DNA from: Candidatus Aminicenantes bacterium | Lineage (GTDB): Bacteria > Acidobacteriota > Aminicenantia > Aminicenantales > JAFGBC01 | Length of the DNA stretch: 64,000 nt | Reading direction: 5' to 3' | NCBI GenBank assembly: GCA_963702005.1 | Contig: OY969696.1 | Span: 2,592,001-2,656,000 of the forward strand | In this document: positions 45,306-55,726 of the stretch, in pieces | Layout: the number at the start of each line of letters is the position of its first letter | How positions within the stretch are numbered: position 1 is the stretch's first letter | Notes under the pieces: model-generated | Seen by the model: only the letters and a program-made list of their open reading frames with translations | Databases searched by the model: none | What the model was told of the DNA's origin: nothing | Translations under genes and position numbers: made by a program

Positions 45306-45389
45306 GTTGACCCGTTCGCCGACACTACCCAGCCTTGCAGTACTCATACTAAGCCGGAAACGGCTTAGTATGGGTGTCGAAGGGTTGAC
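45306..45389. repeat. Palindromic repeat related to the 11.2-kb and 62.0-kb elements
   Basis: 45306-45323 matches the inverse of 62052-62069 at 17/18. 45330-45347 is identical to 11229-11246. Contains a 15-bp stem with a GAAA loop. Confidence 0.75.
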
Positions 45390-45443
45390 TTTTGGCGGGC
45401 CCGTTCCTATCATGGAGCCAGCCTGGTTCCAACGAGGAGAGAC

Positions 45444-45881
45444 ATGAATAAAATCGTCAAGTTCCTGATCATCTTCCTGATATTCGACGCCATCGTCGTA
45501 GGCGGCTATCTCCTCTACAGGAGCCAGAGCGCGCAAGCCCGGGCGGCCGCGGCCGTGGTCTGGATGACGATCGACGCCAACTACCCGCCCGCGGACGACG
45601 TCGAGGCCTACATTAAAAAAGACGCGGTCGCCAAAGGGCTGCTCCCCGTCTACATCAGGAACTTCGGACGGAACCGGAAGGTCCTGGGCCGCTTCAAGGG
45701 CACGAACTACGCTCAGGCGAGGGAAGGGGTCCTATCTGCGATGAATCCCGGGCTCGAGGATTGGAAACTCATAGAGATCAAGTACAAGAACGAGAACGGT
45801 CGAGAGGTTCAGAGGGCCGTCCTGTATGTCGAGACCAAGGGGGCTTGGAAGGTCGCCGACAGCGGGACGCTGATGGAGTAG
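45444..45881 (+). CDS. Membrane-anchored hypothetical protein
   Basis: N-terminal TM helix, AGGAG RBS, C-terminal WKV. Confidence 0.7.
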   Translation: MNKIVKFLIIFLIFDAIVVGGYLLYRSQSAQARAAAAVVWMTIDANYPPADDVEAYIKKDAVAKGLLPVYIRNFGRNRKVLGRFKGTNYAQAREGVLSAMNPGLEDWKLIEIKYKNENGREVQRAVLYVETKGAWKVADSGTLME

Positions 45882-45917
45882 GGCTTCTTCTCCCGATCAG
45901 CCCTGAAGGAGACGCGA

Positions 45918-46853
45918 ATGACGGCGAGCGGCGCGGGCATTGCCGCGAAAAAAGTCGATATCCTCATCCTGGGCGGGGGTCCGGCCGGGCTGACGGCCGG
46001 CCTCTACGCGGCCCGCGCCGGAAAAAAGACGCTCATCCTGGTGGGAAAAGCGATATCCCGCCTCGCCGTCGGCTATGAGCTTGAAAACTACCCCGGTTTC
46101 GTTTCCATCGACAGCCGCGACCTCCTCGACAAATTCCGCAAGCACGCCGAGCACTTCGGGGCCGAGATCATCCAGGGGGAGGCCATCGACGTCAACCTGT
46201 CCGGCGAGGTCAAGTACCTGACGACCAAGGACGCCTTCATCGAGGCCGGGGCCGTCATCATCGCCTCCGGGAAGCCTCTGGCGAAAGAGCGGATGATCCC
46301 GGGCGAGGAGAGGCTGCTGGGGATGGGCGTGAGCTATTGCGGGACCTGCGACGGCCCCCTTTACCGGGGGCAGCCGGTGGCCGCCGTCGGGAACTCTTCC
46401 GAGGCGGCCGAGGAGGTCCTCCAGCTCGCCGGGATGGGATGCCGAGTCCGGTGGATCCAGGGCGACGCGGAAGAATGCCGGATCCCGTCTTCCGCCCTCG
46501 AGGAATTTAAGGCCAAAGGGATTCGCCTCTCGATGAAGACCCTGGTCAAGGAGATCGCCGGAGAAAAGCGGGTCGAGAAGGTCGTCCTCGTCGACGGCGG
46601 CGTCGAACAGACGGTTGAAGTCAAGGGCTGCTTCATTTTCCGCGAGGTGCCGGCCGGGCTCCTTTTCGCCAAGGCCGGCCTAAACCTCGACCACAAGCAA
46701 TGCCTGACCGTGGACCGCTTCCAGCGGACGAACCTGGAAGGCGTCTTCGCGGCCGGCGACGTGACCTGCGGAGGCATGCAGGTCGTGTCCGCGGCCGGGG
46801 AGGGATGCGTCGCGGCCATCCAGGCCCTCCACTATCTGAGAAAGAAGGAATAG
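45918..46853 (+). CDS. Thioredoxin reductase-like FAD oxidoreductase
   Basis: Motifs GGGPAG, ENYPG, GVSYCGTCDG (CxxC) and FAAGD. Confidence 0.88.
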   Translation: MTASGAGIAAKKVDILILGGGPAGLTAGLYAARAGKKTLILVGKAISRLAVGYELENYPGFVSIDSRDLLDKFRKHAEHFGAEIIQGEAIDVNLSGEVKYLTTKDAFIEAGAVIIASGKPLAKERMIPGEERLLGMGVSYCGTCDGPLYRGQPVAAVGNSSEAAEEVLQLAGMGCRVRWIQGDAEECRIPSSALEEFKAKGIRLSMKTLVKEIAGEKRVEKVVLVDGGVEQTVEVKGCFIFREVPAGLLFAKAGLNLDHKQCLTVDRFQRTNLEGVFAAGDVTCGGMQVVSAAGEGCVAAIQALHYLRKKE

Positions 46854-46865
46854 GATTTTCAGCCA

Positions 46866-47699
46866 ATGCTGCCCCTGGGTACGGATCTTCTGATCGACCT
46901 CGCTATCCGGGAGGATCTTCCCAAGGGAGACCCGACTTCGGAGAGCATCGTTCCGGAGGGATCGGCTTCAAAGGGCGTCTTCCTGGCCAAGGAGGACGGC
47001 GTCTTGGCCGGGATCGACGTCGCGGGCCGAGTCTTCGAAAAGCTCGACCGCTCCGTCCGTTTCGAGAAGACCAAGGAAGACGGCGCGTCGTTCGAATTCG
47101 GCGACGTCTTGGCGACGGTGAGCGGCTCCTCCCTTTCGCTTCTCAAGGCGGAACGGACGGCCTTGAACTTCCTCCAGAGGCTCTCGGGCGTCGCCACGGC
47201 CGCGCGCGCTTTCGTCGAGGCGGTCCGGGGGACGAAGGCCAGAATCCTGGATACGCGCAAGACGACGCCGGGCTGGCGCGCCCTGGAGAAATACGCGGTC
47301 CGGATGGGGGGCGCCGTCAACCACCGGATGAGCCTGTCGGACATGGTCCTTGTCAAGGACAATCACCTGGCCCTGGCCGGCGGCGTCGACGAGGCTCTCC
47401 GACGGATCCGGGCCAAGCTCCCGCCCGGGATGGCCATCGAGGTCGAAGTCAGGAGCCTGGAGCAGGCGCGCGAAGCCCTGGAGGGCGGAGCGACCATGCT
47501 CATGCTCGACAACATGCCCCCCGAGGAGACGCGAGAGGTCGTGGACTGGGTGGCCGGCCGGGTCCCGGTCGAAGCCTCAGGCCGAATGGACCCGGAGAGG
47601 GCGCGGGCCGTCGCCCAGCTGGGCGTCGACTACATCTCGGTTGGCGCGCTGACCCACTCCTTCCGGTCGATCGACATCAGCCTCGAGTTCGAGGCCTGA
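46866..47699 (+). CDS. nadC: Quinolinate phosphoribosyltransferase
   Basis: Motifs ERTALNFLQ, DTRKTTPG, HR..LSD, KDNH, EVE, MLDN and EASG. Confidence 0.96.
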   Translation: MLPLGTDLLIDLAIREDLPKGDPTSESIVPEGSASKGVFLAKEDGVLAGIDVAGRVFEKLDRSVRFEKTKEDGASFEFGDVLATVSGSSLSLLKAERTALNFLQRLSGVATAARAFVEAVRGTKARILDTRKTTPGWRALEKYAVRMGGAVNHRMSLSDMVLVKDNHLALAGGVDEALRRIRAKLPPGMAIEVEVRSLEQAREALEGGATMLMLDNMPPEETREVVDWVAGRVPVEASGRMDPERARAVAQLGVDYISVGALTHSFRSIDISLEFEA

Positions 47700-47719
47700 C
47701 AGGAGTCAATGCAAGAAGC

Positions 47720-49293
47720 ATGAACGCCCGCGATATCCTCGCAACCGACATCCTGGTCATCGGCTCCGGCATCGCCGGCGCCAGCGCGGCCCTTCAAGCG
47801 TCCGAGTCCGGACTGAGGGTCCTGGTTGTCAACAAGTCACCCAGATCGAGGAGTCGAATACGTTCTACGCCCAGGGCGGGATCGTCTCGCTGGGAAAGGA
47901 CGACGCTCCCGATCTCCTCGTCGACGACATCATCGAAACGGGCGACGGGACGAGCGATCCAAGGGCGGCCGCGATCCTGGCCGGGGAGGGGAAGGAGCTC
48001 GTCGACCGGATCCTGATCGAGGAGCTCGCCATTCCCTTCGCTCGGAGCGCGCCTGACGAGCTCGACTACGCCCAGGAGGCGGGTCACTCGCGGCGCCGGA
48101 TTCTCCACGTTAAAGATACGACCGGGCAGATGATCGAGGAACGGTTCATCGCCGCCCTCAAGAGACGGAAGTCCGTGACTCTGTTGGCCGACCAGACGGC
48201 CGTCGACCTCCTCACCGTTCCCCACCATTCCAAGAACCCGATCGCCTACTACCGGCCGCCGGCCTGTATCGGCGCCTATATCCTGGACAACAAAACGAGG
48301 AAGGTCCGGGCCGTCTTTGCGCCGACGACGATCCTGGCCACGGGCGGCTGCGGGGCGGTCTTCCTCTACACCTCGAACCCGCGCGAATCGATCGGGGACG
48401 GCTACGCGATGGCCCTGCGGGCCGGCGCCCGGATCGTGAACATGGAGTACATCCAGTTCCATCCGACCTCCCTCTACCACCGCGATTCCGACGGATTTTT
48501 GATCTCGGAGACCGTCCGGGGCGAAGGGGGACGGCTCAAGACCAGAGACGGCCGGACCTTCATGGAGAAGTACAGCCCCCGGCGGGACTTGGCCCCGCGC
48601 GACGAGGTCACCCGGGCCATTTACGAGGAGATGATCAGCACGAACTCACCCTACGTCCTCCTCGACCTCGCCTCTTACGCCAAGACCGATATCCGGAAGC
48701 GATTCCCCAACATCTATAAAACTTGCCTCGGCTACGGGATCAACATCGCCAAGGAGCCCATCCCCGTCGTCCCGGCCGCCCATTACTGCTGCGGCGGCGT
48801 CCTTGTCGATGAATGGGGTCAGACGACCCTTCCCGGCCTGTACGCCGTCGGCGAAGTCTCCTGCACGGGCGTCCACGGAGCTAATCGTCTCGCCTCGACC
48901 TCGCTCCTGGAGGGGCTCGTCTGGGGGACCCGGGCCGGCCGCCGGATCGCCGAGCGGTTTGAGCCGGAGATTCCCTTCAAGCGGTCCGAGATCCATCCCT
49001 GGTACTATCCGCGCAAAGAAGAGGAGATCGACCTGGCCCTCATCCAGCAGGACTGGCTGACCATCCGCTCCACCCTCTGGAACTACGCCGGGATCATCCG
49101 GACCCGGAAGCGGCTGGAACGGGCCAAGGCCGACCTCGAGTACCTCCTCCACCGGATCGAAAAATTCTACCGGGAAGCCCAGATGGACGCCAAGATCGTG
49201 GGACTCCGCAACGGAATCCTGGTCGCGCTGATGATCACGCGGGCGGCCCTCAGCAATCCCGTCTCGCGCGGCGCCCATTTCCGGAAGGACTGA
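47720..49293 (+). CDS. nadB: L-aspartate oxidase with a single frameshift near 47840 (likely sequencing error)
   Basis: GSGIAG lies in one frame. SNTFYAQGG, HSRRRILH, QFHPT, LAPRD, HYCCGG, HGANRLASTSLLEG and SRGAH lie in another. Confidence 0.9.
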
Positions 49294-49298
49294 GAGGA

Positions 49299-50429
49299 CT
49301 ACTCGACCGTCTCCCTGACGACGACCCCGCGTTCGCGGAGGCCGTCAAGAAGAAACCGGACGCAAGCGGGATGGCGTCCGATGAATTCGGGAGCCGACAG
49401 GCCTTTCCGGTCGTACAAGCCTCGGGCAATCATCCTAAGGATCATAGTCGCCGTGTATCCCGTCGTCCTGGCCATGGAATGGACTCTGGTGGTGGCGTCG
49501 AAACGGTCCAGCAGGTCGAAGGTCGTTCGGAGCGTCCTCCCGGCCTTGACGCCCTCGACGACGACCCGCATGACGGTGAGGTCGCGCTCGTCTTCGGAGA
49601 GCTTCCACTTCAGGAAAAGGAGCCGTGAGGTCAGGTCCAAAGGCCGGACCCAAACGCCGGCAGCCTCGACCTTGTCCTTGCCGAAAAAGCCCGCGTCCCT
49701 GAAAACAGCTATTAGTTCGCGATGTCCCGGATAGCGGAGGGTTTTTTCTTTCATGTCGGGGATGGTCATGGTCGTCGCCAGGGTGCGCAGCCCGTCGGTG
49801 TTAAAGGCTTCGAGCGTTCCGATGCCGGGGAAATCCAGGAACTCGGGCTCGGATAGGGCAGGCCGGACGACCGGGCGTCCATTTTGGACGAGCCGGGCCG
49901 GCCTTAGGTACTCCTCGATGACGTCGGAGGGCGAAAAGACGGCCTTGTACTCAAAGGGGCGTTCCCGAACCTCGGGCAAACCGCCGACGTAGACGGCCGC
50001 CGACCGCGTTTCGTCGAGGCCGCCTTGGACGTGTCCGATCAAGACATTGCTCAGGCCCGGGGCGACTCCGCAGTCGACAACGGCCTGGACGCCGGCTTTT
50101 TCGGCGGCCGCCGACAGAGCGAAGGGATCTTCGGGAAAAAAGGCGATGTCGACGACGGATTTCCCGGCTTCGATGACGGCCCGCAGCGTTTGGAAACCCA
50201 GGGCGCCGGGGACCGCGCTCAGGACCAGGTCGAAATCCTTGACGAGAGCTTTGACGGCGCGGGGAACGGACAGGTCCTTGCGGACGGTCCCAACGCCGTG
50301 TTTTCGGCGCAGGGCATCCAGCGTTTCTTGGTTGATATCGGCGACGGAGACTTCAAAATCGGGGTCGGAGGCGAGGTCGGCTGCCATCGGGCCTCCGACC
50401 AAGCCCCCTCCCAGCACGATGATTTTCAT
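49299..50429 (-). CDS. Saccharopine dehydrogenase / lysine dehydrogenase family
   Basis: Motifs GGGLVG, DCGVAPG, YVGGLP, EKTLRYPGH and SMARTTG. Confidence 0.88.
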   Translation of the reverse strand: MKIIVLGGGLVGGPMAADLASDPDFEVSVADINQETLDALRRKHGVGTVRKDLSVPRAVKALVKDFDLVLSAVPGALGFQTLRAVIEAGKSVVDIAFFPEDPFALSAAAEKAGVQAVVDCGVAPGLSNVLIGHVQGGLDETRSAAVYVGGLPEVRERPFEYKAVFSPSDVIEEYLRPARLVQNGRPVVRPALSEPEFLDFPGIGTLEAFNTDGLRTLATTMTIPDMKEKTLRYPGHRELIAVFRDAGFFGKDKVEAAGVWVRPLDLTSRLLFLKWKLSEDERDLTVMRVVVEGVKAGRTLRTTFDLLDRFDATTRVHSMARTTGYTATMILRMIARGLYDRKGLSAPEFIGRHPACVRFLLDGLRERGVVVRETVE

Positions 50430-50648
50430 GTTTATCCTCCTCAGTGATGGTCCAAAGACGGATGGAACGGGTGATTAAAACGGACCGGGGGAGGAAAGCC
50501 TTACAGGCCGCTAAAGAGGTTCATGACCAGGACGAGCCGGTCGCGGCAACCGGCGCTCGCCGCTGCCGAGCCGTCCCTGATCGGCGAGGATATCATATTT
50601 TTATTTTAGGGCGGAACCGTCCTCCGGTCAAGCTCGGGCCTCCCGACA

Positions 50649-50676
50649 TTGACATTTCAGCCCGGTCGGATAAAAT
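50649..50676 (+). promoter_or_regulatory. Putative ileS promoter
   Basis: TTGACA-16 nt-TAAAAT, followed by a GGGAG RBS. Confidence 0.6.
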
Positions 50677-50698
50677 AAATTGATTTAGGGAGTTTCGC

Positions 50699-53477
50699 AT
50701 GCCCGATGACAAAGATCTCAAGCTGAGTCTGAACCTGCCCCAGACGTCTTTCTCGATGAAGGCCAAGCTGGCCCAGAAGGAGCCGGAGATCATCAAGTCC
50801 TGGGACGCTATCGGGCTTTACCGGAAAATCCTGGACTCCCGAAGGGGCCGGCCGACTTTCGTCCTCCACGACGGCCCTCCCTACGCCAACGAGCATATCC
50901 ACCTGGGGACGGCGTTTAACAAGATCCTCAAGGACTTCATCGTCAAGACAAAGAGCATGCAGGGATTCCAGGCCGCTTACCTGCCCGGCTGGGACTGTCA
51001 CGGCCTTCCGATCGAGATCCATGTCGATAAGCGGCTGGGAGATAAAAAGAAATCCATGTCCATCACCCAGATCCGCGAAGAGTGCCGGCAGTACGCTCTC
51101 AAGTACATCGACATCCAGCGCTCCGAGTTCATCCGGCTCGGCGTCCTGGGCGAATGGGAAGCGCCCTACCTGACCATGAACCCCGAGTACGAGGCCGATA
51201 CCCTTCGCTGCCTGGCCGCCTTCTTCGCCTCGGGCAACGTCTATAAGGGGAAACGGCCGGTTCATTGGTGCTTCCACTGCCGGACGGCCCTGGCCGAGGC
51301 CGAGATCGAATACAAAGACAAGACGTCGCCTTCGATCTACGTCCGCTTCCAGGTCCTCTCCGACCTGACGGCTAAGGCCCCGGCCCTCAAAGGGAAAAGA
51401 GTCTACGTCCTGATCTGGACGACGACTCCCTGGACCCTGCCGGCCAACCTGGCTATCGCTTTTCATCCCAAGCACGACTACGCCGCCGTCGAAGTCGGAG
51501 CGGAAGTTTACATCCTGGCCGAGCGGCTCGTCCCGGTCGTCGCCGAGGAGCTCGGGTTCAAGGAGACAAAAATCCTGGCGACCTTCACGGGCGGCGAGCT
51601 CGAGGGCCTCAGGGCCCGCCATCCCTTCATCGACAGGGAATCGGTCTTCGTCCTGGCCAACTATGTAAATCTCGAGGACGGGACGGGCGCCGTCCACACG
51701 GCTCCAGGCCACGGCCACGACGACTATCTAACCGGGATGGCCTACGGCCTCGACATCTACACTCCGGTCGACGGCAACGGAAACTTCACCCCCGACGTCG
51801 CCAACTACGCCGGCCTCAACGTGTTCAAGGCCAACAAGCCCATCACGGACGACATGAAGAAGGAGGGGAGCCTCCTCAAAGAAACCGTCATCAGCCACTC
51901 CTATCCGCATTGCTGGCGCTGCAAGAATCCCGTCATCTTCCGGGCGACCGAGCAGTGGTTCATCTCCATGGACGCCTCCGGCCTGCGGGAGCGAACCCAG
52001 GACGCGATCCGCAAGGTTCGTTGGATCCCGGCCTGGGGCGAGGAGCGGATCGCCAATATGATGAGCGGACGGCCCGACTGGTGCATTTCGCGCCAGCGCC
52101 TATGGGGAGTCCCCATTCCGGCTTTCCGGTGCGTCCGTTGCGGAGCCGTCCTGGCCGGCGCGGAGGTCGCCCGGCACGTCGCCGACGTTTTTTCAAGGGA
52201 GGGCTCAGACGCCTGGTTTAGCAGGGCGGCCAAGGACCTCGTGCCCCCGGCCGCGGCCTGTCCCTCCTGCGGCGCCGCCGAGTTCGAAAAGGCCAACGAC
52301 ATCATCGACGTCTGGTTCGAGTCGGGGGCCAGCCAGGGCGTCCTGGGCAAGCGGCCGGACCTCCCTTGGCCCGCCGACGTCTACATCGAAGGCCACGACC
52401 AGTATCGAGGCTGGTTCAACAGCTCGATCGTCATCGGAGTCGGGGCCAAGGGCGGCTCGCCCTACCGGACCTGCATAACCCACGGCTTCATCCTGGACGA
52501 GCAGGGGAGGGCCATGTCGAAATCCCAGGGGAACGCCATCGACCCCGGCCAGATCATCGCCCAGAACGGGGCCGAGATCCTCCGGCTGTGGGCCGCCATG
52601 CTGAACTATAAGGAGGACGCCCAGTTCGGGAACGAGATCCTGCAGCGGCTGGTCGAGGCCTATCGCAAGATCCGGAACACTTGGCGCTACCTGCTGGGGA
52701 ATCTCTACGATTTCGATCCGGCCGCCGACGCCGTCCCGGCCGCCGACCTGGAGCTCCTCGACCGCTGGGCGCTGGAGGCGACGGCCCGGACCGGCCGCCG
52801 CATCCTCAAGGCCTACGAGGAGTACGAATACCACGTCGTTTTCCATTCCCTCTATCAGTTCTTCACGGTCGAGATGAGCGCCGTTCTATCTCGACATCAT
52901 CAAGGACCGGCTCTACTGCTCGGCCAAGGCGTCCCGGCTTCGCCGCTCGGCCCAGACGGCCCTGTTCCGGATCCTTAAGGATACCCTGTCCCTGATGGCG
53001 CCCATCCTGCCCTTCACGACGGACGAAGCCTGGGGGACGATGCCGGCCTTCCCGGACAAACCGGAATCCGTCCACCTCGGCCTGTTCCCGGCCTACGAGG
53101 AAACCTGGCTCGACCCGGAGGCCTTCAACGAGCAGGAAGCCCTGATGGCCGTTCGGGAGAAGGTTCTCAAGGAGCTCGAGAAGGCCCGCGAGGACAAGCT
53201 CATCGGGAACTCGCTCGAAGCGTCGCTGAGCTTGGCCGTCCCGACAGCCCAGTTGGCGCTTCTTAAAAAACAGCAAGCCTCCCTTCCCGCCCTGTTCATC
53301 GTTTCGGCCGTATCGCTGAAAGAGGGGAGCGGTCCCGAGCTCCAAGTCGAGGTCGGCCGGGCGCCTGGCGAGAAATGCGAGCGCTGCTGGAATTACGCGA
53401 CCACGGTCGGCTCCTCGAAGGCGTTTCCCAAATGTTGCCGGCGCTGCGCCGATGTCCTGGAAGGGGCACGGACATGA
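50699..53477 (+). CDS. ileS: Isoleucyl-tRNA synthetase with a +1 frameshift at about 52883 (likely sequencing error)
   Basis: Motifs HDGPPYAN, HLGT, GWDCHGLP, GTGAVH, DWCISRQR and AMSKS. Removing one G restores SAFYLDIIKDRLY through to the C-terminal KCERCW zinc finger. Confidence 0.96.
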
Positions 53478-53950
53478 GACACAAAGGACTCGCCCTCGGA
53501 TTCATCGGTTTGCTGGTCGTCCTGGATCAGATCTCGAAGGCGGTCGTCGCCAAAAGCCTGGTCCTCTTTGAGAGCCGCACGGTCATCCCGGGCTTTTTCA
53601 ACCTCGTCCACAGCCGTAACGACGGGGCCATTTTCGGATTCCTGTCCCACGCCGGGAGCCCGGCTTTCCGCTGGGCGCTGGCGATAGCCTCCTTCGTGGC
53701 CCTGGGGCTGGTCTTGTTTTATTTCATCAAGACTCCGGGACGGGACGTCCTGATGCTGACCGCCTTGTCCCTGATCCTGGCCGGAGCCTTCGGCAACAAC
53801 ATCGACCGGATCTCGCGCGGCTATGTCGTCGATTTCCTGGACGTCTATGTCAAGCGCTGGCACTGGCCCGTCTTCAACGTCGCGGATTCCTGCATCTCGA
53901 TCGGCGCCTGCCTCCTCCTCATCGTCCTCTTCAGGAGAAAACCGGCATGA
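53474..53950 (+). CDS. lspA: Lipoprotein signal peptidase
   Basis: Motifs DQISK, NDGAIFG, GN.IDR, VVDF and FNVAD. Confidence 0.95.
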   Translation: MRHKGLALGFIGLLVVLDQISKAVVAKSLVLFESRTVIPGFFNLVHSRNDGAIFGFLSHAGSPAFRWALAIASFVALGLVLFYFIKTPGRDVLMLTALSLILAGAFGNNIDRISRGYVVDFLDVYVKRWHWPVFNVADSCISIGACLLLIVLFRRKPA

Positions 53951-54744
53951 TCCCCATCGTCTTTAAGCTCGGCCCGCTGACCCTCCACAGCTACGGCTTG
54001 ATGATGGCCCTGGGGGTGGGCTTCGCGCTCTGGTTTCTCTATGTCCAGGCTAAGAAGCAGGGGCTCGACACCCTGAAGCTGATCGACGCGGCGTTCTACA
54101 CGATCCTCATCTCTCTGGTCGGCGCCAAGCTCGTACTGTTCCTTTCCAATTTCGACTACTACACGAGCTATCCGGGGGAGCTCTTCGCCCTGGCCAAGTC
54201 GGGCGGCGTCTTTCAGGGCGGGCTGGCCATCGGCGCCCTGTTCGCACTCTGGTATTTCCGGAGGAAGAAGATCCCGACCTGGAAGACGGCCGACATCATC
54301 GCCCCCGCCCTCGCTCTCGGCCACGGCTTCGGCCGGATCGGCTGCTTCGCCGCCGGCTGCTGTTACGGGAGGGCCTGCGACGAGCCCTGGGGGGTCGTCT
54401 TCCATAACGACTACTCCCACAACCTGACCGGCATCCCGCTCGGCGTGCAGCTTCATCCCGTTCAGCTTTATGAAGCGGCCCTCAATTTTCTGAATTTCGT
54501 TGTCCTGTTTGTGATCCTGAGACGGAAAAAGTTCGACGGCCGGGTCTTCTCGCTGTACATCATCAATTATTCCATCATCCGCTACTTCACCGAATTCTTC
54601 CGGGGCGACCATCCGGACCGCGCCTTTCTCCTCCAGGGTTCTTCGCCTTACCTGAGCCTGTCCTATCCGCAGCTCTTCTGCCTTCTGGGCATCGGGGGCG
54701 GGATTCTGCTGGGCCTTGTGCTCAAACGGCGCCAACGTGTCTGA
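53947..54744 (+). CDS. lgt: Prolipoprotein diacylglyceryl transferase
   Basis: Motifs YGLM, GRIGCF.AGCCYG, HPVQLYE and EFFRGD. Confidence 0.95.
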   Translation: MIPIVFKLGPLTLHSYGLMMALGVGFALWFLYVQAKKQGLDTLKLIDAAFYTILISLVGAKLVLFLSNFDYYTSYPGELFALAKSGGVFQGGLAIGALFALWYFRRKKIPTWKTADIIAPALALGHGFGRIGCFAAGCCYGRACDEPWGVVFHNDYSHNLTGIPLGVQLHPVQLYEAALNFLNFVVLFVILRRKKFDGRVFSLYIINYSIIRYFTEFFRGDHPDRAFLLQGSSPYLSLSYPQLFCLLGIGGGILLGLVLKRRQRV

Positions 54745-55672
54745 GCGGGAGTTCGCCTTTGTCCACGGCGAGGACGACAACCTCCGGCTCGACGTCTACC
54801 TCGTCGACCAAGTCCGGGACTTGACCCGGGCCCAGATCCAGAATCACATCGAGGACGGCCTGGTCACGGTCAACGGCCTGATCCGAAAATCCGGCTACCG
54901 GCTCAGGCCGGGAGACGCCGTCATCATCCGGGTCCGGGACTTCGAGCCGCCCTCCCTCGATCCCGAACCCATTCCGCTTCGGATTATCTATCAAGACGAG
55001 GATGTCGTCGTCATCGACAAGCCCTCGGGACTGGTCGTCCATCCCGGGGCCGGCGTCCACTCCGGAACGCTGGTCAACGCGCTGCTCCATCATTTTCCCG
55101 AGGTCCGGCGCGTCGGCGCCCCCGAGCGTCCGGGGCTGGTCCACCGCCTGGACAAGGAGACGTCGGGCGTCATGGTCGTCGCCCGGACCGAACGGGCTTT
55201 CTACGAGCTCCAGCGCCAATTCAAGCGGCGCATCGTCCAGAAGACCTACCTGGGCCTGGCCCGCGGCCGGCCGGACGAGGAGGGCAGGATCAACTGGCCG
55301 ATCGGACGCCACGTCAAGGACGGCCAGCGCTTCTCGATTAAGACCCGGAAACCCAAGGAAGCCAAGACCCGCTTCCGGGTCCTGGAGCAGTTCAACGACT
55401 TCGCCCTGCTCGAGATCAAGCCCTTGACGGGCCGGACCCACCAGATCCGCGTCCATATGGCCGCCGCCGGCCATCCGCTCTACGGCGATCGACTCTACGG
55501 TCCCAAGAAAACGAAGGGCCTCGAGCCCCGGGTCTTTCTCCACGCCCACAACCTGGGTTTCATCCATCCGGTCCGGAAGGAATGGGTCGAGTTTCTCTCC
55601 CCCCTCCCCCTGGACCTCGACACGATCCTGGACCGGCTCAGGGCTTCCGCGATCCGTCCCCCCCAGGCTTAA
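54737..55672 (+). CDS. rluD: RluA/RluD-family pseudouridine synthase with S4 domain
   Basis: Motifs RLD, KPSGLVVHP, HRLDKETSG, TGRTHQIRVH and LHA. Confidence 0.9.
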   Translation: MSEREFAFVHGEDDNLRLDVYLVDQVRDLTRAQIQNHIEDGLVTVNGLIRKSGYRLRPGDAVIIRVRDFEPPSLDPEPIPLRIIYQDEDVVVIDKPSGLVVHPGAGVHSGTLVNALLHHFPEVRRVGAPERPGLVHRLDKETSGVMVVARTERAFYELQRQFKRRIVQKTYLGLARGRPDEEGRINWPIGRHVKDGQRFSIKTRKPKEAKTRFRVLEQFNDFALLEIKPLTGRTHQIRVHMAAAGHPLYGDRLYGPKKTKGLEPRVFLHAHNLGFIHPVRKEWVEFLSPLPLDLDTILDRLRASAIRPPQA

Positions 55673-55691
55673 TCTGCGGGCCGGGAGCTTC

Positions 55692-55720
55692 TTGAAGAGT
55701 CGATGAATATTGCCTATAAT
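55692..55720 (+). promoter_or_regulatory. Putative promoter giving a leaderless or near-leaderless transcript
   Basis: TTGAAG-17 nt-TATAAT ends 6 bp before the GTG start at 55727. Confidence 0.5.
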
Positions 55721-55726
55721 AAGTAG

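Noticed and set aside
47830-47860. nadB frameshift
   Set aside because: A single indel with both halves otherwise intact. It is one of three similar indels in the window, consistent with sequence error.
50600-50698. T-box leader before ileS
   Set aside because: The promoter lies only ~22 bp upstream of the ATG and there is no GGTGGNACC T-box sequence.
52870-52900. Split ileS as a pseudogene or programmed frameshift
   Set aside because: ileS is essential, one extra G restores the conserved SAFYLDIIKDRLY, and there is no slippery sequence. Most likely a sequencing or assembly indel; check the reads.
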